Shown here piece by piece: positions 54,099 to 64,000 of a DNA stretch of 64,000 nt (within the stretch, counting starts at the first letter, position 1; each line of letters starts with the position of its first letter). Made by a program: the position numbers and the translations under genes. The stretch is from the human T2T-CHM13v2.0 reference genome, Homo sapiens. A model generated the notes under the pieces. It saw nothing but the letters and a program-made list of their open reading frames with translations, ran no database searches and had not been told where the DNA came from. Location of the stretch: NCBI RefSeq assembly GCF_009914755.1, contig NC_060948.1, one strand, 5' to 3'.

Positions 54099-57000
54099 AT
54101 TCATTGGAATGGAAGGGAATGTAGTGTAATGGACAGGCCTGGAATAAAGTGGAATGCTACGGTCTCGAATGGAATAAAAATGTATGGAATGGAATGCAAT
54201 GAAACGGAATCGAATGTCATAGAATGTAATGGAATGCAAAAAAATGGAATCCAAAATCATTGACTGGAAAGGCTGGGTGTCGAAAGGAATTGACTCCAAT
54301 GGAATGGAATCGAATGGAATGGAAGTGAATAGAATCGAACTAAATCGAATGGAATGGAATTGATAGGAACGGAATGGAAAGGAATGCAATGATTTGGCAT
54401 GGAATGGAATCGAATGGCATCGAATGGAATGGAATGGAATGCAATGGAATGGAATGTATTAGAATGTAATGAACTTTAATGGAATGTACTCGAATGGATT
54501 CGACTGGAATGGAATGTTCTGGAAGTGAATGGACTGCAATGGAATGGATTCAAAAGGAATGGAATCGTACGGAATGGAATCTAATGGAATGGAATTAAAT
54601 GGAAATGAATCAAATTGAATAGCACGGAATTGAATTGAATGGAATGGAATGCAATGGAATCTAATGAAACGGAAAGGAAAGGAATGGAATGGAATGGAAT
54701 GGGCTGGAATGGAAAGGAATCGAAACGAATGGAATGGAATCGAACTGAAGAGACTGGAATGGAATGCACTGGAATGGAAGGGAGTGTAATGGAAGGTTCT
54801 CGAAAAAAATGGAATCGAATGGAATGGAATTGAATGGAACGGAATAGAGTCGAATGGAATTGAATGGAATGGAATGGACTAGAGTGAAATGGAATCGAAC
54901 CACAAGGAATGGACAGGAATAGAATGGTCTCGAATTGAATGGAATCGTATGGAATGGCATCAAACGGAATGGAATGGACAGCCACGGAATGGAATGCACT
55001 CGAATGCCATGGAGTCGAAACTAATGGACTGGAATAGAATGGACTCGACTGGTACGGACTCCAATGGAATGGAATCGAATGGAAGGGAATCGAACGGAAT
55101 GGACTCGAAGGGAAAAGACTGCAATGGAAAGGTCTCGAATGGAATGGAAATTAATGGAATGGAATGGAATCGAATGAAATGGAGTCAAAAGGAATGGAAT
55201 CGAATGGCAAGAAATCGAATGTAATGGAATCGCAAGGAATTGATGTGAACGGAACGGAATGGAATGGAATCCAAAGGAATGGAATAGAATGGAATGGAAT
55301 CGAATGGAAAGGACTCGAATGGAAATCACTCGAATAGAATGCAATTTAATAAAATAGGATCAAATGTAATGGAATGGAATGGAAAGGAATCGAAACGAAA
55401 GGAATGGAGACAGATGGAATGGAATGGAACAGAGAGCAATGGTATAGAATGGAATGGAATCATCTGGAATGGAATTGAATGGAATGGAATAATATGAAAT
55501 GGAATGGAATGGAATGGAATGGAATGCCCTTGAATTAAATGGACTGGAATGGAATGGACTCGAACAGAGTGGAATGGAAAGTGTTGAGATAGAATGGAAT
55601 GGACTCCTTTGGAATGGTGTAGTATGCAATGCAATCGACTGGCAGGGAATCAAAAGGAATGTAATGGAATGGATTGGACTGGAATGCAATGGACTCGAAT
55701 AGATTGGAAACGGAATGCAAAGGAATGGAATGGAATAGTATGGAATGGAATGGAAAGGAATGGAGTGGAATAGACTAGAGTGGAATGGAATGGACTGGAA
55801 AGCAATGGACTGGAATGGAACTTTCTTGAATGGACTGGAATCAAACGGAATGGAATGCAATGCAATCAAATGGCATGGAATAAAATAGAATGAAAGAGAA
55901 TCAAATGGAATTGAATCGAATGGAATCGAATGGATTGGAAAGGAATAGAATGGAATGGAATGGAATTGACTCAAATGGAATGGACTAGAATGGAATGGAT
56001 TCGAATGGAAGGCAAAGGAATGGAATCTATTGGAATGGACTGTAATGGAATGGAATGGAAGGGATTGGAATGGACTCGAATGGAATGGACTGCAATAGAA
56101 AGGATTCGAATGGAATGAAAAAGAATTGAATGGAATAGAACAGAATGGAATCAAATCGAATGAAATGGAATGGAATAGAAAGGAATGGAATGAAATGGAA
56201 TGGAAAGGATTCGAATGGAATGCAATCGAATGGAATGGAATCGAACGGAATGGAATAAAATGGAAGAAAACTGGCAAGAAATGGAATCGAAATGAATGGA
56301 GTGTTATGGAACGGACTCAAAAGGAATTGAATGTAATAGAATGGAGTGGAGTGGACTCGAATATAATGGACTGGAATGGAATGAAATCACATGGAATGGG
56401 AACGAATGGAATGGAATGGAAAGGAATGGAATCGAATGGAAAGGAATCGAATGGAAGGGAATGAAATTGAATCAACAGGAAAGGAAGGGAATAGAATAGA
56501 CGGTAATGGAATGGACTCGAATAGAATGGACACGAATGCTCAAATTGAATGGACTCGAATGGAATGGAAACGAAAGGAATGTCATCGAATGGAATTGAAT
56601 CGATTGGAATGAAATCGCATAGAATGGAGTGGAATCAAATGGAATTGAATCGAAAGGAAAGGAAGCGAATGGACTGAAATGAAATGGAATGGAATTGAAT
56701 TGAAAGTAATGCAATGGAATAGAATGGAACGAAATTTCACGGAATGGAATCAAACTGAATGGAATCAAATCAATGGAATCTAATCAAAGGAATGGAAAGG
56801 AATTGAATGGAGTAGATTGGATTGGATGGGATTGGAATGAAATGTACTGGAAAGGACTCGAATTTCATGAAACGGAATGGAATGAATTGGAACGGAATGG
56901 ACTCGAATGGAATGGAATGTCATGGAATGGCATCAAATGGAATGGCATCAAATGGAATGGAATCGAATGCAATGGAATGCTATGGAATGGAATGGAATGC

Positions 57001-57666
57001 ATTGGAATGGAATGTCCTCTAATGGAATGGATTCGAGTGGAATGGAATCGAATATAATGGAGTCGAATGAAATGGAATTGAAATGAATGGGATCGAATTC
57101 AATGGAATATACAGCAATGTAATGTAATGAACTCGAATGTAATTGACTGGAATGGAATGTACATGAATGGAATGTAATCGAATGGAAAGTAATCCAATGG
57201 AATAGAATCTAATGCAATAAAATCGACTCAGATAGAGTAGAATGTAATGGAATGGAGTGCAGTGCAATGGAATGGAATGGAATGGAATGCAATGGAATGG
57301 AATGGAATGGAATGGAATGGAATGGAATGGAATGGAATGGGATGGAATGGTATGGAATGGATAGTAATGGACTGGAGTGAAATGGACTGGAAAGGAATGG
57401 ACTCAAATTGAAAGGGCTCGAAAGGAATGCAGTCAAATGCAATGGTCTGCAATGGAATGAACACGAATGTATTGCAATCCAATAGAATGGAATCGAATGG
57501 CATGGAATATAAAGAAATGGAATCGAAGAGAATGGAAACAAATGGAATGGAATTGAATGGAATGGAATTGAATAGAATGGGAACGAATGGAATGAAATTG
57601 TATGCAGTAGAAGAGAATAGAATGGAATGCAAGCGAAAGGAAAGGAATGGATTGGAATGGAATGGA
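54099..57666 (+). repeat. DYZ1 unit U17, 3568 bp (copy of U14 up to ~57080, divergent tail)
   Basis: Landmarks 54099/57667; shares the U14 1-bp deletion (~56788); private variants from 57084. Confidence 0.95.
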
Positions 57667-60600
57667 ATTCATTGGAATGCAAGGGAATGTAGTGTAATGG
57701 ACAGGCCTGGAATAAAGTGGAATGCTACGGTCTCGAATGGAATAAAAATGTATGGAATGGAATGCAATGAAACGGAATCGAATGTCATAGAATGTAATGG
57801 AATGCAACAAAATGGAATCCAAAATCATTGACTGGAAAGGCTGGGAGTCGAAAGGAATTGACTCCAATGGAATGGAATCAAATGGAATGGAAGTGAATAG
57901 AATCGAACTAAATCGAATGGAATGGAATTGATAGGAACGGAATGGAAAGGAATGCAATGATTTGGCATGGAATGGAATCGAATGGCATCGAATGGAATGG
58001 AATGGAATGCAATGGAATGGAATATATTAGAATGTAATGAACTTTAATGGAATGTACTCGAATGGATTCGACTGGAATGGAATGTTCTGGAAGTGAATGG
58101 ACTCCAATGGAATGGATTCAAAAGGAATGGAATCGTACGGAATGGAATCTAATGGAATGGAATTAAATGGAAATGAATCAAATTGAATAGCACGGAATTG
58201 AATTGAATGGAATGGAATGCAATGGAATCTAATGAAACGGAAAGGAAAGGAATGGAATGGAATGGAATGGGCTGGAATGGAAAGGAATCGAAACGAATGG
58301 AATGGAATCGAACTGAAGAGACTGGAATGGAATGCACTGGAATGGAAGGGAGTGTAATGGAAGGTTCTCGAAAAAAATGGAATCGAATGGAATGGAATTG
58401 AATGGAACGGAATAGAGTCGAATGGAATTGAATGGAATGGAATGGACTAGAGTGAAATGGAATCAAACCACAAGGAATGGACAGGAATAGAATGGTCTCG
58501 AATTGAATGGAATCGTATGGAATGGCATCAAACGGAATGGAATGGACAGCCACGGAATGGAATGCACTCGAATGCAATGGAGTCGAAACTAATGGACTGG
58601 AATAGAATGGACTCGACTGGTACGGACTCCAATGGAATGGAATCGAATGGAAGGGAATCGAACGGAATGGACTCGAAGGGAAAAGACTGCAATGGAAAGG
58701 TCTCGAATGGAATGGAAATTAATGGAATGGAATGGAATCGAATGAAAAGGAGTCAAAAGGAATGGAATCGAATGGCAAGAAATCGAATGTAATGGAATCG
58801 CAAGGAATTGATGTGAACGGAACGGAATGGAATGGAATCCAAAGGAATGGAATAGAATGGAATGGAATCGAATGGAAAGGACTCGAATGGAAATCACTCG
58901 AATAGAATGCAATTTAATAAAATAGGATCAAATGTAATGGAATGGAATGGAAAGGAATCGAAACGAAAGGAATGGAGACAGATGGAATGGAATGGAACAG
59001 AGAGCAATGGTATAGAATGGAATGGAATCATCTGGAATGGAATTGAATGGAATGGAATAATATGAAATGGAATGGAATGGAATGGAATGAAATGCCCTTG
59101 AATTAAATGGACTGGAATGGAATGGACTCGAACAGAGTGGAATGGAAAGTGTTGAGATAGAATGGAATGGACTCCTTTGGAATGGTGTAGTATGCAATGC
59201 AATCGACTGGCAGGGAATCAAAAGGAATGTAATGGAATGGATTGGACTGGAATGCAATGGACTCGAATAGATTGGAAACGGAATGCAAAGGAATGGAATG
59301 GAATAGTATGGAATGGAATGGAAAGGAATGGAGTGGAATAGACTAGAGTGGAATGGAATGGACTGGAAAGCAATGGACTGGAATGGAACTTTCTTGAATG
59401 GACTGGAATCAAACGGAATGGAATGCAATGCAATCAAATGGCATGGAATAAAATAGAATGAAAGAGAATCAAATGGAATTGAATCGAATGGAATCGAATG
59501 GATTGGAAAGGAATAGAATGGAATGGAATGGAATGGACTAGAATGGAATGGATTCGAATGGAAGGCAAAGGAATGGAATCTATTGGAATGGACTGTAATG
59601 GAATGGAATGGAAGGGATTGGAATGGACTCGAATGGAATGGACTGCAATAGAAAGGATTCGAATGGAATGAAAAAGAATTGAATGGAATAGAACAGAATG
59701 GAATCAAATCGAATGAAATTGAATGGAATAGAAAGGAATGGAAAGGATTCGAATGGAATGCAATCGAATGGAATGGAATCGAACGGAATGGAATAAAATG
59801 GAAGAAAACTGGCAAGAAATGGAATCGAAATGAATGGAGTGTTATGGAACGGACTCAAAAGGAATTGAATGTAATAGAATGGAGTGGAGTGGATTCGAAT
59901 ATAATGGACTGGAATGGAATGAAATCACATGGAATGGGAACGAATGGAATGGAATGGAAAGGAATGGAATCGAATGGAAAGGAATCGAATGGAAGGGAAT
60001 GAAATTGAATCAACAGGAATGGAAGGGAATAGAATAGACGGTAATGGAATGGACTCGAATAGAATGGACACGAATGCTCAAATTGAATGGACTCGAGTGG
60101 AATGGAAACGAAAGGAATGTCATCGAATGGAATTGAATCGATTGGAATGAAATCGCATAGAATGGAGTGGAATCAAATGGAATTGAATCGAAAGGAAAGG
60201 AAGCGAATGGACTGAAATGAAATGGAATGGAATTGAATGGAAAGTAATGCAATGGAATAGAATGGAACGAAATTTCACGGAATGGAATCAAACTGAATGG
60301 AATCAAATCAATGGAATCAAATCAAATGGAATGGAAAGGAATTGAATGGAGTAGATTGGATTGGATGGGATTGGAATGAAATGTACTGGAAAGGACTCGA
60401 ATTTCATGAAACGGAATGGAATGAATTGGAACGGAATGGACTCGAATGGAATGGAATGTCATGGAATGGCATCAAATGGAATGGCATCAAATGGAATGGA
60501 ATTGAATGCAATGGAATGCTATGGAATGGAATGGAATGCATTGGAATGTAATGTCCTCTAATGGAATGGATTCGAGTGGAATGGAATCGAATATAATGGA

Positions 60601-61205
60601 GTCGAATGAAATGGAATTGAAAGGAATGGGATCGAATACAATGGAATATACTGGAATGTAATGTAATGAACTCGAATGTAATTGACTGGAATGGAATGTA
60701 CATGAATGGAATGTAATCGAATGGAAAGTAATCCAATGGAATAGAATCTAATGCAATAAAATCGACTCAGATAGAGTAGAATGTAATGGAATGGAGTGCA
60801 GTGCAATGGAATGGAATGGAATGGAATGCAATGGAATGGAATGGAATGGAATGGAATGGAATGGAATGGAATGGGATGGGTTGGAATGGTATGGAATGGA
60901 TAGTAATGGACTGGAGTGAAATGGACTGGAAAGGAATGGACTCAAATTGAAAGGGCTCGAAAGGAATGGAGCCAAATGGAATGGTCTGGAATGGAATGAA
61001 CACGAATGTAATGCAATCCAATAGAATGGAATCGAATGGCATGGAATATAAAGAAATGGAATCGAAGAGAATGGAAAAAAATGGAATGGAATTGAATGGA
61101 ATGGAATTGAATGGAATGGGAACGAATGGAGTGAAATTTTATGCAGCAGAAAGGAATAGAATGGAATGCAAGCGAAAGGAAAGGAATGGATTGGAATGGA
61201 ATGGA
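57667..61205 (+). repeat. DYZ1 unit U18, 3539 bp
   Basis: Landmarks 57667/61206; two 15-bp deletions (~59530, ~59740). Confidence 0.95.
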
Positions 61206-64000
61206 ATTCATTGGAATGGAAGGGAATGTAGTGTAATGGACAGGCCTGGAATAAAGTGGAATGCTACGGTCTCGAATGGAATAAAAATGTATGGAATGGA
61301 ATGCAATGAAACGGAATCGAATGTCATAGAATGTAATGGAATGCAAAAAAATGGAATCCAAAATCATTGACTGGAAAGGCTGGGTGTCGAAAGGAATTGA
61401 CTCCAATGGAATGGAATCGAATGGAATGGAAGTGAATAGAATCGAACTAAATCGAATGGAATGGAATTGATAGGAACGGAATGGAAAGGAATGCAATGAT
61501 TTGGCATGGAATGGAATCGAATGGCATCGAATGGAATGGAATGGAATGCAATGGAATGGAATGTATTAGAATGTAATGAACTTTAATGGAATGTACTCGA
61601 ATGGATTCGACTGGAATGGAATGTTCCGGAAGTGAATGGACTCCAATGGAATGGATTCAAAAGGAATGGAATCGTACGGAATGGAATCTAATGGAATGGA
61701 ATTAAATGGAAATGAATCAAATTGAATAGCACGGAATTGAATTGAATGGAATGGAATGCAATGGAATCTAATGAAACGGAAAGGAAAGGAATGGAATGGA
61801 ACGGAATGGGCTGGAATGGAAAGGAATCGAAACGAATGGAATGGAATCGAACTGAAGAGACTGGAATGGAATGCACTGGAATGGAAGGGAGTGTAATGGA
61901 AGGTTCTCGAAAAAAATGGAATCGAATGGAATGGAATTGAATGGAACGGAATAGAGTCGAATGGAATTGAATGGAATGGAATGGACTAGAGTGAAATGGA
62001 ATCGAACCACAAGGAATGGACAGGAATAGAATGGTCTCGAATTGAATGGAATCGTATGGAATGACATCAAACGGAATGGAATGGACAGCCACGGAATGGA
62101 ATGCACTCGAATGCAATGGAGTCGAAACTAATGGACTGGAATAGAATGGACTCGACTGGTACGGACTCCAATGGAATGGAATCGAATGGAAGGGAATCGA
62201 ACGGAATGGACTCGAAGGGAAAAGACTGCAATGGAAAGGTCTCGAATGGAATGGAAATTAATGGAATGGAATGGAATCGAATGAAATGGAGTCAAAAGGA
62301 ATGGAATCGAATGGCAAGAAATCGAATGTAATGGAATCGCAAGGAATTGATGTGAACGGAACGGAATGGAATGGAATCCAAAGGAATGGAATAGAATGGA
62401 ATGGAATCGAATGGAAAGGACTCGAATGGAAATCACTCGAATAGAATGCAATTTAATAAAATAGGATCAAATGTAATGGAATGGAATGGAAAGGAATCGA
62501 AACGAAAGGAATGGAGACAGATGGAATGGAATGGAACAGAGAGCAATGGTATAGAATGGAATGGAATCATGTGGAATGGAATTGAATGGAATGGAATAAT
62601 ATGAAATGGAATGGAATGGAATGCCCTTGAATTAAATGGACTGGAATGGAATGGACTCGAACAGAGTGGAATGGAAAGTGTTGAGATAGAATGGAATGGA
62701 CTCCTTTGGAATGGTGTAGTATGCAATGCAATCGACTGGCCGGGAATCAAAAGGAATGTAATGGAATGGATTGGACTGGAATGCAATGGACTCGAATAGA
62801 TTGGAAACGGAATGCAAAGGAATGGAATGGAATAGTATGGAATGGAATGGAAAGGAATGGAGTGGAATAGACTAGAGTGGAATGGAATGGACTGGAAAGC
62901 AATGGACTGGAATGGAACATTCTTGAATGGACTGGAATCAAACGGAATGGAATGCAATGCAATCAAATGGCATGGAATAAAATAGAATGAAAGAGAATCA
63001 AATGGAATTGAATCGAATGGAATCGAATGGATTGGAAAGGAATAGAATGGAATGGAATGGAATTGACTCAAATGGAATGGACTAGAATGGAATGGATTCG
63101 AATGGAAGGCAAAGGAATGGAATCTATTGGAATGGACTGTAATGGAATGGAATGGAAGGGATTGGAATGGACTCGAATGGAATGGACTGCAATAGAAAGG
63201 ATTCGAATGGAATGAAAAAGAATTGAATGGAATAGAACAGAATGGAATCAAATCGAATGAAATGGAATGGAATAGAAAGGAATGGAATGAAATGGAATGG
63301 AAAGGATTCGAATGGAATGCAATCGAATGGAATGGAATCGAACGGAATGGAATAAAATGGAAGAAAACTGGCAAGAAATGGAATCGAAATGAATGGAGTG
63401 TTATGGAACGGACTCAAAAGGAATTGAATGTAATAGAATGGAGTGGAGTGGACTCGAATATAATGGACTGGAATGGAATGAAATCACATGGAATGGGAAC
63501 GAATGGAATGGAATGGAAAAGAATGGAATCGAATGGAAAGGAATCGAATGGAAGGGAATGAAATTGAATCAACAGGAATGGAAGGGAATAGAATAGATGG
63601 TAATGGAATGGACTCGAATAGAATGGACACGAATGCTCAAATTGAATGGACTCGAATGGAATGGAAACTAAAGGAATGTCATCGAATGGAATTGAATCGA
63701 TTGGAATGAAATCGCATAGAATGGAGTGGAATCAAATGGAATTGAATCGAAAGGAAAGGAAGCGAATGCACTGAAATGAAATGGAATGGAATTGAATGGA
63801 AAGTAATGCAATGGAATAGAATGGAACGAAATTTCACGGAATGGAATCAAACTGAATGGAATCAAATCAATGGAATCAAATTAAATGGAATGGAAAGGAA
63901 TTGAATGGAGTAGATTGGATTGGATGAGATTGGAATGAAATGAACTGGAAAGGACTCGAATTTCATGAAACGGAATGGAATGAATTGGAATGGAATGGAC
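61206..64000 (+). repeat. DYZ1 unit U19, partial (cut by window end)
   Basis: Landmark at 61206; colinear with other units to the end. Confidence 0.95.

Larger units (their letters stand above)
35403..57083 (+). repeat. Tandem duplication of three DYZ1 units, period 10,705 bp
   Basis: Unit lengths repeat 3573/3564/3568. ORF-track coordinates and private SNVs recur at exactly +10705 (e.g. 37394/48099, 37718/48423, 42707/53412). Confidence 0.95.
1..64000 (+). repeat. DYZ1: Human satellite 3 array, DYZ1 family (Yq12 heterochromatin); GGAAT strand on +
   Basis: Continuous diverged GGAAT pentamers (variants CGAAT, GCAAT, TGAAT, GGACT) with ~3.56 kb periodicity. One conserved EcoRI and one StuI/HaeIII site per unit. 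Two units are exactly 3564 bp, the canonical DYZ1 length. Contains the Y1.1/Y1.2 primer sites. Confidence 0.97.

Noticed and set aside
1-64000. Hundreds of ORFs up to 313 aa (MEWNG... on +, FHSIP... on -)
   Set aside because: These are the direct translations of (GGAAT)n and (ATTCC)n, which have no stop codon in any frame. They overlap in all frames, are broken variably between units and show no domain-like sequence.
1-64000. CRISPR-like or other prokaryotic repeat-spacer system
   Set aside because: No unique spacers, no cas-like ORFs and no non-satellite sequence.
1-64000. HSat2, DYZ2/Alu blocks, transposon insertions or inversions
   Set aside because: The recurring CATTCGATTC-GATGAT-type HSat2 pattern is absent. 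I saw no Alu, long AT-rich block or switch to the CATTC strand.
1-64000. G-quadruplex potential from the G-rich strand
   Set aside because: Runs are almost all GG with sparse, isolated GGG; no canonical four-GGG motif seen.
1-64000. Abundant TCGA CpGs as a CpG island
   Set aside because: The sequence is AT-rich and CGAAT is an ordinary HSat3 variant. CG>CA/TG changes between units fit methylated heterochromatin.

Overview
The whole 64 kb window is human satellite 3 (HSat3), a diverged (GGAAT)n/(CATTC)n array with the purine-rich strand on +. It is organised as head-to-tail ~3.56 kb units, each with a conserved EcoRI (GAATTC) and StuI/HaeIII (AGGCCT) landmark. Unit length, landmarks and matches to the classic Y1.1/Y1.2 sexing primers (recalled from memory) identify it as DYZ1 of human Yq12 heterochromatin. 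I count 17 full units (3533-3573 bp), one internally deleted 785-bp unit and one terminal partial unit, all in one orientation. I found no genes, RNA genes, transposons, DYZ2/Alu blocks or inversions; every listed ORF is a pentamer-translation artefact. I found no novel gene system. The structure worth a second look is: a near-perfect 10,705-bp three-unit tandem duplication; an older, cryptic ~10.6-kb three-unit periodicity; a 3544-bp single-unit duplication; a 2.78-kb deletion joining two unit subtypes; a strand-coordinated G>C mutation cluster near a duplication breakpoint; and three perfect heat-shock elements per unit whose variants fall mostly in spacer positions. Variant comparisons were made by eye and may be incomplete.
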